From a virus (Duplodnaviria > Caudoviricetes): DNA of 64,000 nucleotides. Each line of letters starts with the position of its first letter. Within the stretch, counting starts at the first letter, position 1. Shown piece after piece: positions 1 through 8,153 of this stretch. The stretch lies in IMG/VR virus record IMGVR_UViG_3300037183_000031, positions 3,302-67,301 of that record; one strand, written 5' to 3'. The notes under the pieces were generated by a model. It ran no database searches. It was not told where the DNA came from and saw nothing but the letters and a program-made list of their open reading frames with translations. The translations under genes were made by a program, and so were the position numbers.

Positions 1-401
1 ACGATCACGAACTCCAGGACGTTGTGGATGCCGTTCGTAGCCGGCGGCACCGGGTGCGGCTTACTCCAGCAGCACACACGCGATCCCACCGGCGCATACA
101 AAAGCACCGTGCGAAGACCACGCTCCGACGTCGACAGTGCCCAGCCGTCGGGATAGTCGTCCTGTAACGCCGACATCAGCGCCAGATGATCGACCTCGCC
201 CCCATACGTCGCCTCGCCCTTGTAGTACTTTCTGGCTAGACCTGGGTACGGCGGATCGGCGTACGCGAAGCGCATCGCCCGCCCTCGCGACTCCGCCATC
301 ACCGAGCGACGCCGGATACGCCACGCGGTTTGACGGCACTTCCTGGAACAGAACCGTCCCGGCGGCAGCGCGGGGACCCTCTGGCACCACATACAGATCA
401 C
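1..401 (-). CDS. DPPY-motif (amino-methyltransferase-like) protein with N-terminal Cys cluster; 3' end outside the window
   Basis: My translation from GTG 401: MICMWCQRVPALPPGRFCSRKCRQTAWR...MRFAYADPPYPGLARKYY...EVDHLALMSALQDDYPDGWALSTS. DPPY is at 246-257. It is absent from the ORF track because it has no stop in the window. Confidence 0.65.
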   Translation of the reverse strand, partial: MICMWCQRVPALPPGRFCSRKCRQTAWRIRRRSVMAESRGRAMRFAYADPPYPGLARKYYKGEATYGGEVDHLALMSALQDDYPDGWALSTSERGLRTVLLYAPVGSRVCCWSKPHPVPPATNGIHNVLEFVI

Positions 402-405
402 GACG

Positions 406-597
406 TCACTTGGTCACCTTGCGCGCGTCGATGCGGGCCAGGAAAGCGTTCACGTTGTGCGAATCGATCGTTTCGCAGTAGGCACGCAGGTACTCAACCG
501 CCTCTTCGAAGTCGGCTTCGAGCTGGCGTACCTTCTCGCGCAACTCGGCGTTTTGGGCAGCGAGTAAGTTTTCTAGTCTCTCATGGGGGCACGTCAT
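406..597 (-). CDS. Small coiled-coil hypothetical protein
   Basis: MTCPHERLENLLAAQNAELREKVRQLEADF; ATGA overlap with the upstream gene. Confidence 0.55.
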   Translation of the reverse strand: MTCPHERLENLLAAQNAELREKVRQLEADFEEAVEYLRAYCETIDSHNVNAFLARIDARKVTK

Positions 598-1205
598 TGT
601 GTCACCGCGCAGTATCCCGAAACGCATTCGAGGGCAAGCCCAGGTAAACAATCCCGCGAGTAGGTGCACGCCTCTCGCAGGCGCTGTCCGCCGCTCTGTG
701 GGTCGCAACTGATGATTCCAGACTGGCGGTAGCATGCCCATCCCGGCTGGCAGCCAATGTCGCTCACGCGGTCGCATGCGACGGGGCTCAACGGGCACAC
801 CATGGCCACCGGCCCACCTGGACCTGGATCGATCGCCCGGTTCTCGCCGCCGGCGCATAACCTGAAACAGCTCGAACCCCTGTTGCCCTGTACGCACACG
901 AGACCGATGGCGCAATCATCCGAGCGATTCTCAAGCCCAACGTACATCGGGCTACACGATTCCCCGAGTTGTCGGATGATGGGCGCGTGCTCCACAGGCA
1001 CCTCGACCTCCACGACATCAGCGGCACCAGCATCGGGCTCGATGGGCGCCGGCAAGGCCGGACCAACCCCAGCCCAACAGTGATTGTCAAATCGGCACGT
1101 CTGTGGTGACGGGCACGATCCACCGGGCCCGCAGATAAAGCCACCCTCGTCGTAGGCCGGCGAGAAGCAGGACGCGAAACAAAGCAATACGACGAGGGTA
1201 CGCAT
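594..1205 (-). CDS. Cys-rich predicted lipoprotein
   Basis: Signal MRTLVVLLCFASC followed by many Cys pairs (CGPGGSCPSPQTC; CTYSRDCLPGLALECVSGYC). Confidence 0.7.
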   Translation of the reverse strand: MRTLVVLLCFASCFSPAYDEGGFICGPGGSCPSPQTCRFDNHCWAGVGPALPAPIEPDAGAADVVEVEVPVEHAPIIRQLGESCSPMYVGLENRSDDCAIGLVCVQGNRGSSCFRLCAGGENRAIDPGPGGPVAMVCPLSPVACDRVSDIGCQPGWACYRQSGIISCDPQSGGQRLREACTYSRDCLPGLALECVSGYCAVTQ

Positions 1206-1206
1206 G

Positions 1207-1998
1207 TTACTGCCAGATGTAGTTTTGGAAGTTCTGGGCTAGTTCACTGTCGTTGAAGTTGTTGTAGTAGTTGTAAACGATCGACAGGCTCATTTGTGGT
1301 GGCAACGAGGGACCTGGATAGCAGGATGGATTGCCGTAACATGCGAAAGGAATCCTGGCCATCTCATACACAATGGTGGTTCCCGCTTTCATGTGGACAG
1401 TAAATGTCCACCATTGAGTTATCCCCAAAACAGTCGCGTAACGATATCCGGTGACAGTGGAGTCACCTTGATTGATCCAATACCCTTGCTTACCTGCAAA
1501 CGTGGACCAACTTGCCGTTGGTCCAATATCGTTATAGATCCCTCCCGAGATATCAGTTCCCCATGGAGTGACAACATTTCCGGTATCCATGGTGTGATAG
1601 ACCATGTTTGGGATACTCCCAAAGAGGCCGTGACCGCCCTGGCCTTTCGTCAGTGTGAGAGTCCACATCGATCCATCTCCAATAACGCCGTGGACGTTTG
1701 GGTTGAGGGCCATTGTTGCTCCACCCATGTCGGCATCTTTCGAAGAGATACCCGATCGATAGTAGACGGTGTCTTTCAGTGGGCCTATGTATGGACGGTT
1801 CCGAACATGATCAGGGCACACGTCGCAATCCGGTATTAGATCCGTTGGATTAACCGCAGGGTAATTTCCCGTATTCTGCCATTGGAGCGCGCTCGTGCGC
1901 GTTGTCGTCTCGCCTCCGCCTGGATCTTGCGGTGTCGATGCCCTCCCACATCCCACTCCGATCATCATCAAGGTACCGATCAGCAATGCTCGTTTCAT
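1207..1998 (-). CDS. Predicted lipoprotein, low GC
   Basis: Lipobox-type signal MKRALLIGTLMMIGVGC; purine-rich RBS (AAAGGA) upstream. Confidence 0.75.
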   Translation of the reverse strand: MKRALLIGTLMMIGVGCGRASTPQDPGGGETTTRTSALQWQNTGNYPAVNPTDLIPDCDVCPDHVRNRPYIGPLKDTVYYRSGISSKDADMGGATMALNPNVHGVIGDGSMWTLTLTKGQGGHGLFGSIPNMVYHTMDTGNVVTPWGTDISGGIYNDIGPTASWSTFAGKQGYWINQGDSTVTGYRYATVLGITQWWTFTVHMKAGTTIVYEMARIPFACYGNPSCYPGPSLPPQMSLSIVYNYYNNFNDSELAQNFQNYIWQ

Positions 1999-2038
1999 GG
2001 TTCTTTGTGTCCTTTCTATTTGTGCTCAGGCTTCGGGG

Positions 2039-2650
2039 TTATCTGGCGAACGGCCACAAGTATCTGTTGGTCACACCGTATTCTGGAAAATCAACGTCAA
2101 TTCGCGCATAGACGTTGACCGTGCTAGCACTCGGAACTCCGTAAGACGGGAGCCACGTGTAGGCCGCAAAGGCGATCGGATGATGCCACCCGGATGGGAC
2201 GCTGGTGCAATTGCTCCCGTCGTCGGTGTGGCTGCTGCCAAGGTATCCAGCCGAAGGGAAATTCGCGTAACTTGCAGGGAACCACAAGCTTTTGATGCCG
2301 GTCAGATCACCTGTGCTGCCGAGATTGATCAGTGTCGTGCAGATGACACCATTGGCTCCGTTGTTCGACGCTTGAAAATTATACGGCCCATTGGGATTGG
2401 TGATTCCCAGTAAGAGGGCGCTATTAACAGAGAAGTTGAACGTGGTCCCGCATCCGGATCCAGGACGGCAAGAATTTCTACCCGTGGAGATTGGCACTTG
2501 TTGAATGAACCCAATCTCGCCTCCTCCTGTGCTTACCGCCGCAAACGACAGGTTCAGATCTCCTGTTCGTTTCTCCGTTGCTTCCGGAGGCGGCCCTCCG
2601 CACCCAATGACTCCCATCAACAACAACATTCCTATCAGTGTTCGTTTCAT
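2039..2650 (-). CDS. Predicted lipoprotein, low GC
   Basis: Signal MKRTLIGMLLLMGVIGC; AAGGA RBS upstream. Confidence 0.75.
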   Translation of the reverse strand: MKRTLIGMLLLMGVIGCGGPPPEATEKRTGDLNLSFAAVSTGGGEIGFIQQVPISTGRNSCRPGSGCGTTFNFSVNSALLLGITNPNGPYNFQASNNGANGVICTTLINLGSTGDLTGIKSLWFPASYANFPSAGYLGSSHTDDGSNCTSVPSGWHHPIAFAAYTWLPSYGVPSASTVNVYARIDVDFPEYGVTNRYLWPFAR

Positions 2651-2770
2651 GTTCCGTTTCCTTCCACTCGGTCGTTTGTATCCACGAAACAGCGTGGACG
2701 CTGTATTGCTGTACTTGTGCCTCAGTCCTTGCCCCCTGATATGTCGACCATGATTGGTCGCGGTCCACCA

Positions 2771-3019
2771 TCAAAGCCGGGGATCACCATGGGCGGCCTT
2801 CATGATGTCCGCCGCTTCCAGAAATAGGCGGAGGCTCAACTGCCCAAGAACCTCTCGACCGTCCTTCGATTTCACCACGACGGCGATCGAGGCGCGCCCA
2901 CCGACCATTCCGCCAGCAAGACCAAGGATATGCGTGACGGCGCCGTCCGCGACGACGTGACCTTGAAGGGCGCCTTCTCCGTTCGGCGTGATGATCAACT
3001 CCGTGCCGCTGAACTTCAT
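2771..3019 (-). CDS. Hypothetical protein (82 aa)
   Basis: MKFSGTELIITPNGEGALQGH...; ATGA overlap with the HTH gene. Confidence 0.6.
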   Translation of the reverse strand: MKFSGTELIITPNGEGALQGHVVADGAVTHILGLAGGMVGGRASIAVVVKSKDGREVLGQLSLRLFLEAADIMKAAHGDPRL

Positions 3020-3261
3020 GACGGCCCACCGACGTTCATCGTCTTCGCGAACGCCAGAACCTCCTTGCGCGAGACGTAGAGCCGGTTGCTGAGCTTTGTC
3101 ACGAGCTTGAGCCACCCCTTGCGCGCCCACATGTAAACCGTGGGCTCCGGTCTCCCTGTCGCCTCCGCCGCCTCTCTGATCGTGATGTAGCCTCTTCGAC
3201 TCTGATCAAAGTCTCGTTTCTCTGCTGCTGCCTTGGATGCTGGGGACGGGTGACCTCTCAT
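3016..3261 (-). CDS. MerR/excisionase-type helix-turn-helix DNA-binding protein
   Basis: YITIREAAEATGRPEPTVYMWARKGWL fits the HTH_17-like pattern; start ATG 3261 overlaps the sigma-like gene stop. Confidence 0.75.
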   Translation of the reverse strand: MRGHPSPASKAAAEKRDFDQSRRGYITIREAAEATGRPEPTVYMWARKGWLKLVTKLSNRLYVSRKEVLAFAKTMNVGGPS

Positions 3262-3875
3262 GATCGGATTTCCTCCATGAGCGCCTGGCGCTCGGTGTTC
3301 AGTTTCTGGATCACGGGGCTGCGACGCAGCGCCCGACGGTAGTGAATAAGATTCGCGGCAAGCTGCTTGGGCGACAGGCGCAGCCGGCGCGCCACGGTCG
3401 CCCGCTGGCCGTAGACGTCCCGCGGTATATCGACATCCAGGCATTCTCCGACCGCACGAACCTTGACAGGAAGCCCCAGGGCCCGCGTCGCGGTCAGGCG
3501 GGCGGCCTCGAGGCGACGGCACTTCATTTCGAGCTCCGCGGCCTCAACCCGCTCTTCTGGGCTCGCGCGGTCGCATGCATGGGCGTAGTCATCCTCGAGC
3601 GGCGACGTCTTCAGGAACCGCCAGTGCCGGGTTTCCTTGATCGCCGCCCGCCAACAAATGACGTAGAAAAAACCGTCGGCGCCGGTTCGGCTCGGATCCC
3701 ACTGCGGAACGTTTTCCAGCGCCGCCACCCAGGCGACCTGGCGGATGTGCTCTGGCTCCATGCGTCCAACCCTGATGGTGAACTTCCGCGTCACCGCTTC
3801 GACTTGACGATTGATCAACGCGAACAGCTCGGGATTGACCACCGGGGGTCGTGCGCTTACAGTTTCTTTCGACAT
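3258..3875 (-). CDS. Sigma-70-like factor (region 2 plus C-terminal HTH)
   Basis: EHIRQVAWVAALENVPQWDPSRTGADGFFYVICWRAAI resembles sigma region 2; QRATVARRLRLSPKQLAANLIHYRRALR resembles the region 4 HTH; AAGGAG RBS. Confidence 0.65.
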   Translation of the reverse strand: MSKETVSARPPVVNPELFALINRQVEAVTRKFTIRVGRMEPEHIRQVAWVAALENVPQWDPSRTGADGFFYVICWRAAIKETRHWRFLKTSPLEDDYAHACDRASPEERVEAAELEMKCRRLEAARLTATRALGLPVKVRAVGECLDVDIPRDVYGQRATVARRLRLSPKQLAANLIHYRRALRRSPVIQKLNTERQALMEEIRS

Positions 3876-3912
3876 GGGACTCCTTTTGGCAGGGGTGTCT
3901 TCGGAAGCGAAG

Positions 3913-3954
3913 GGCTCGACGGAATCAAACCCCCCGTCGGGCCTTTCGTTTTTT
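3913..3954 (+). terminator. Intrinsic terminator-like hairpin facing the plus (antisense) strand
   Basis: GGCTCGACGG / 11-nt loop / CCGTCGGGCC then TTTCGTTTTTT. The stem is fully paired (one U-G) only on the plus-strand RNA. Confidence 0.5.
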
Positions 3955-4468
3955 AGGCGGGGTGGGGCTCCAGGTGAGACAGGGACCGGATGTGGATCTC
4001 GCGGAAGTTGGGTTCGTCCTTCGTGACCGGCAACAGGACGCGCGCCTCCCGCCCGGCCAGGGCCGACACCGACAGGTTCATCAGCTCCGCCGGTCGATAC
4101 AGCCCGTGCTTGGTGTACAGCGCGACCTTGTCCAGCTTCACGCGGACGCGATCACCCACGGCCATCTTCGAGCGGGAGCCACGACCGAAGGCGGGCCAGC
4201 CAGCAGTGGGCTTCGATATCGTGGCAATGCCATCACGGAGGCTATCTATCAGTTCCTTGACGACCTCGGTCTCGGTCATCTTCGGGAATCCGGCGATGTC
4301 GTCACTTTGAATAAGTCCGGTCAACTTCGCCCACTTCGCCACTGCGGTGAAGTCAGCCTCGACCCGCGTCAACAGCGCCAGGGCCTTCTGATGCGGCGTC
4401 TTCTTTTCGGCTGGCGGCTTCTTCGGCGTGGTGGTTTCTGCTTTGGTCTTCTTGGATGTTTTGGACAT
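3953..4468 (-). CDS. Hypothetical protein, basic N-terminus, probably leaderless
   Basis: MSKTSKKTKAETTTPKKP...; no SD; ATG lies 6 nt after a -10 box. Confidence 0.65.
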   Translation of the reverse strand: MSKTSKKTKAETTTPKKPPAEKKTPHQKALALLTRVEADFTAVAKWAKLTGLIQSDDIAGFPKMTETEVVKELIDSLRDGIATISKPTAGWPAFGRGSRSKMAVGDRVRVKLDKVALYTKHGLYRPAELMNLSVSALAGREARVLLPVTKDEPNFREIHIRSLSHLEPHPA

Positions 4469-4474
4469 CCGGTG

Positions 4475-4503
4475 ACCATAGGCCCAAACCATAAACGAGT
4501 CAA
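4475..4503 (-). promoter_or_regulatory. Sigma-70-type promoter
   Basis: TTGACT (4503-4498), 17 nt spacer, TATGGT (4480-4475), then 6 nt to ATG 4468. Confidence 0.55.
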
Positions 4504-4507
4504 CAAA

Positions 4508-4957
4508 CTAAATCACAATCACGTCGACTTCCACCCGCGGATTGGCTGCGTCCTTCTCTAGTCGGCAGCCGTCGAGTCGTATGATCTGCTTGTCGTTCAC
4601 GATCACGCCGGCCCGCTCCAGGGCGTCGCTCACGGCCGCCAGGTAGTTCAAGAGGTCGCCCGTCGCGCGCTGCCGATAGATCACGGCGTCCATCCTAACC
4701 GCCTGGTCGATTGGCACCCCGCGCACGAACTGGGTGCGCAGCTGCTCTACCGCCGTCTTCTCCCAGCCCTTCGCCGATAAAGACGGCATGACGAACGACC
4801 GCCCGTCGCTCTTACGCGTCACGATCCGCAGGCTGTTTTTCTTCGTGGCGGGGGGGCCGAGGATCACGAACCGCCAGCAGGTCCCGGGCTCATGTTGCTG
4901 AGGGGTCGCGGCAGTCCGCAGCGCGGGGCCATGGGCCCAGAAGGGAAGTAGTCCCAC
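4508..4957 (-). CDS. rusA: RusA-like Holliday junction resolvase (start uncertain)
   Basis: ILGPPATKKNS, GDLLNYLAAVSDALERAGVIVNDKQI and NPRVEV match RusA motifs. Confidence 0.8.
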   Translation of the reverse strand: MGLLPFWAHGPALRTAATPQQHEPGTCWRFVILGPPATKKNSLRIVTRKSDGRSFVMPSLSAKGWEKTAVEQLRTQFVRGVPIDQAVRMDAVIYRQRATGDLLNYLAAVSDALERAGVIVNDKQIIRLDGCRLEKDAANPRVEVDVIVI

Positions 4958-4960
4958 CTT

Positions 4961-5431
4961 TCAGCCGCCCGTCGGGGGCTTGGTCGGCGGCGCGCCGGCG
5001 GCCAGTGCCGCCGGAGAAGCCACCAGACCGACGCCGCTGAGAACCGAATTCGCCAGGGCGGCGAGAACCACAGACAAAAGGCCGAATGCGTGGATGACCC
5101 CCGGCTTGACCAATGGAACGCAGAGCACGGCATTCGGATCGTTGCACGCGCGCGCCGAGGCATAGGCGACAAAGACTCCGCAGAGACCGGCGAGCACCAG
5201 GGCGACTTTCTTCAATCCGGGCGGCAGTGACTTGATCGCGGCGTTCGTCATGGCTGCCGACAAGAGGGGAATCAGGGGCAGCCAATTCAGAACCGCGGGG
5301 GGGATGAAATTGGTTTGCCCAGTTGCCTCCGATCCGATGACGGCCGCGCTGACCAGGGTGATGGTCGCCCAGACCTTGTTGGCCTTGCTGAGAAACGCCC
5401 AGAATCGGGAGGTCAGGTCGGTGATGTTCAT
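4961..5431 (-). CDS. Multi-pass membrane protein, holin candidate
   Basis: About four hydrophobic segments; located downstream of the tail genes. Confidence 0.5.
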   Translation of the reverse strand: MNITDLTSRFWAFLSKANKVWATITLVSAAVIGSEATGQTNFIPPAVLNWLPLIPLLSAAMTNAAIKSLPPGLKKVALVLAGLCGVFVAYASARACNDPNAVLCVPLVKPGVIHAFGLLSVVLAALANSVLSGVGLVASPAALAAGAPPTKPPTGG

Positions 5432-5700
5432 GGGGCCGGATCCTTTCGTGATGCTCGGGCGCGAAGCCCTAAAACGATATCCTGCGCGGCAGGAATGAAA
5501 TCGTCTGTGAGTTCAACTGCCGCGGCGAGAAGGATAGAGCTTCGGTCATCTCCTGTAGTGTCGAGCAACCTTTCCGCAAAAGCCGAGATGCGTTGGCCAT
5601 ATGCGTGCAGGTCGAGGATGACCTGGGAGAGTTGTCTTCGGTCTGGACTGATTCTTCCTCTGCCGCCGCCAACGCCGCCTGTTGAATGCTCATCGTTCAC
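5428..5700 (-). CDS. Hypothetical protein
   Basis: 90 aa helical ORF; overlap-coupled to the next gene. Confidence 0.55.
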   Translation of the reverse strand: MNDEHSTGGVGGGRGRISPDRRQLSQVILDLHAYGQRISAFAERLLDTTGDDRSSILLAAAVELTDDFIPAAQDIVLGLRARASRKDPAP

Positions 5701-5722
5701 GTGCCCCCCGTCTTAAGGTTGG

Positions 5723-6037
5723 TCATCGTCGTTTACACGCGGCGTTGACAGCGCTCGCGATCATCTCGGCATGCTTCCCAGAAATCTCGTCATGAAGCGC
5801 GGCCATCGCCCCGGCCATTTGCTGCATCGCCACGGTGTGCAGCGCCTGAGTCTTTGCGTCTTCCTTGAATCGCTCGACGAAGATCGGAACGAATATGTGT
5901 CCAAGATATCCCACGCCGACGATCCCAACGAACACCAGGACGCCGAGAACGCCGTGGTTGAACATGGTGCCAACAGCTCGCTTCTCCAACGAGACCATGG
6001 TTACCGGGGTCTCTGACCTGCGATCGGAATCACTCAC
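5723..6037 (-). CDS. Single-TM protein with helical tail, holin-like candidate
   Basis: GVLGVLVFVGIVGVGYLGHIFVPIFV TM segment; AGGAG RBS. Confidence 0.5.
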   Translation of the reverse strand: MSDSDRRSETPVTMVSLEKRAVGTMFNHGVLGVLVFVGIVGVGYLGHIFVPIFVERFKEDAKTQALHTVAMQQMAGAMAALHDEISGKHAEMIASAVNAACKRR

Positions 6038-6151
6038 GAGCTATTGACTCCTGACCGATTGGCGTCTCCACATATCCATGGTGCCCTAGAGCCATGGCCC
6101 GTGTCTACCGGAGACTCAGCGGTACCCTAACTACGCGTCGCCCACACCGGA

Positions 6152-6532
6152 CTACCCGGGCATCCGCCTACGGTCGAAAGACGTCTCTGAACCAGCCGTG
6201 GGCTCGCGAAGCTTGCCGCCGTCCGCGCGGCAGAACGACCAAAGCGAGCGGTCGTGAGTCGACAGGCATCGTCCTTGTTTCCATGCCTCGTGAGCGTTCC
6301 GTGGCGGCACCGTGTTGTCTTTGACGAGAACCAGCTCCCGTCCGCAGTGGGCGCAGACGAAGGCGTTGACTGGGGTATCGTCCGAAAACGCAGTGCGCCG
6401 CTCGGCCGTGCGCTCAAAAGCAGAATCGGGGGCGCCATGAACGGCCGCCTCAGTCGCCTCGGCATCGTCGACCAGAACACCAGGGGCGTCCAGGTCCAGA
6501 TCGATCGGCTCCTGTTTGTCGGTGATCGTCAC
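6152..6532 (-). CDS. Zn-ribbon-containing hypothetical protein
   Basis: FVCAHCGREL motif; coupled to the upstream gene. Confidence 0.55.
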   Translation of the reverse strand: MTITDKQEPIDLDLDAPGVLVDDAEATEAAVHGAPDSAFERTAERRTAFSDDTPVNAFVCAHCGRELVLVKDNTVPPRNAHEAWKQGRCLSTHDRSLWSFCRADGGKLREPTAGSETSFDRRRMPG

Positions 6533-7062
6533 TTCGTCTTGATGCGTTTCACCACCGGCGCGACTTCCGCAACGGCGTCAGCCTGAAGAAGTTCGGGCGG
6601 CAGGACATAGGTCCCACGGATGGCTGCTGTAAATCTTGCTTCCAGTTCGCCCAGCACGAGCCCATCAATTCCGCCGGCTGACATCTTGTCCATTTCGTCG
6701 AGCACCCAGGACAAGATGCGCTGACTGATCTCCACCTTCGTCGGGACCTTCCCGCGCAGCCCATAGAAACGGTCGAGGCGTTTGATGCTGTTGATCACGG
6801 CCGCCATGCCCTCGGCATCCGTTCCACCATTCGCGGTCGTCGACTTGAACACGGCGAGTAATTGAAGCTCCGTGAACTGAGCGACGTGATCGGTAGCGAG
6901 GGTATCCTTTACCCATCCGAGCCGAAAAGCGTCGATCGCCTCGCTGGTCATGGCCCGCTCGGCCCTCCCCTTACGCTGCTCTCCGATCAGACGGACGCCT
7001 AGGATGATGCGCTCTGCATCGCTCAGATGAATGGAGATGTCTTCTCGCTTGTGCTCTCCCAT
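6529..7062 (-). CDS. Helical protein resembling small terminase subunits
   Basis: AAVINSIKRLDRFYGLRGKVPTKVEI resembles the TerS-type motif AI-x-x-x-R-x-x-L-x-GL-x-x-P-x-K-V-E. Confidence 0.4.
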   Translation of the reverse strand: MGEHKREDISIHLSDAERIILGVRLIGEQRKGRAERAMTSEAIDAFRLGWVKDTLATDHVAQFTELQLLAVFKSTTANGGTDAEGMAAVINSIKRLDRFYGLRGKVPTKVEISQRILSWVLDEMDKMSAGGIDGLVLGELEARFTAAIRGTYVLPPELLQADAVAEVAPVVKRIKTK

Positions 7063-7064
7063 GA

Positions 7065-7451
7065 TCAGGCCAACAGCCAGCCGTCAGCGACGCCGGCGGC
7101 CTCGAGGGCGGCCATCTCGTCGTCGAGCTTCATCGCCGTCCGCGCGTTCACGAAGGCGTTCTCACTCACGAAGGATTCAAGGGCGAACACATCCCACGGA
7201 CCCGCCGGCTTGTCCTTGACGACGATGCGCTGACATCGACCACCCTCGAAGGTATTGGTCACGATTCCGTCGGCATCGGTCTTCTGGACCTTTGTAGATG
7301 CCTCGATCGCCACATCACCCTGGAATACGATCGAGCCCTGTTTGCTGACCATGGCAACGCTGATGGCCAGTCGACCCGTTGATCGATCGAAACGGGCGCC
7401 CACCACCTGTTGATCTGTGACTTCCAATACTATCGGCGTCTTCAGTTTCAT
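7065..7451 (-). CDS. Hypothetical protein, possibly fibre-associated
   Basis: 128 aa beta-rich ORF with AAGGGGG RBS. Confidence 0.6.
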   Translation of the reverse strand: MKLKTPIVLEVTDQQVVGARFDRSTGRLAISVAMVSKQGSIVFQGDVAIEASTKVQKTDADGIVTNTFEGGRCQRIVVKDKPAGPWDVFALESFVSENAFVNARTAMKLDDEMAALEAAGVADGWLLA

Positions 7452-7496
7452 ACGGCAGATCCCCCTTGGTGCGACATTCAGTTTACCCCGGGCGCT

Positions 7497-8153
7497 TCAC
7501 ACATACAAAGCAGGGGGTGTCGAGTGAGCGTCCCAGTCGAGCCCGCGCCATGAAGGTGAGGTATTGAACCCACTCCCGATGCTGCTCACAGCGCCGACAT
7601 GCTGCACGAGGCTCGGGTGATAAATGCCGAACATCCATCCAAGTTCAGCGGCGATTCGCGCCACATGCGCCTCTCCTGTGCGGTCGCCGCCTGTAATCTC
7701 GCCGCGCAGGCTGAGTAGCGTTCGACACGTGGCCAAGGAGTACTTCACGGCCTGCGCGAGCTGAAATGCATGCGGACGCCAGCGAGCCAGTCCAGGGGGG
7801 CCGCCGTGGTTTGCGAAGAATGACACGAACGCCAGATCGGACGGCATCACAAAACGATCCATCCGTTCGGCCGCTCGATGACACAGACGGATGTCATCCT
7901 CGAGCACCACGAGATCCTCGCCATAGAGCGCCGCGAGCTCGAATGCCCTCCACGTCGACCACTTATTTTCGTTTCGCCCGGGCGCCGAGGGCGCGGGCTT
8001 CCGGAACCAACACGTCTCCCAGTGCGCCGGGACATCGGGATTCCCGGCGTCCGAAATAACGACGCGCGCCCCCGTTGCCGATGAATCGACGTCGGCAATC
8101 GTCTGGGCGAGATACGACACCCCGGGCCGGTCGGTCGTCAGGATGGCGATCAC
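7497..8153 (-). CDS. GT-A fold glycosyltransferase
   Basis: LVVLEDDI (DxD-type motif) and HPSLVQHVG; GTGA overlap with the tail fibre stop. Confidence 0.7.
   Translation of the reverse strand: MIAILTTDRPGVSYLAQTIADVDSSATGARVVISDAGNPDVPAHWETCWFRKPAPSAPGRNENKWSTWRAFELAALYGEDLVVLEDDIRLCHRAAERMDRFVMPSDLAFVSFFANHGGPPGLARWRPHAFQLAQAVKYSLATCRTLLSLRGEITGGDRTGEAHVARIAAELGWMFGIYHPSLVQHVGAVSSIGSGFNTSPSWRGLDWDAHSTPPALYV

Noticed and set aside
3921-3933. GGTTTGATTCC on the minus strand resembles a tRNA T-loop (possible att site)
   Set aside because: No complete T-stem, anticodon arm or acceptor stem; better explained as the loop of the terminator hairpin.
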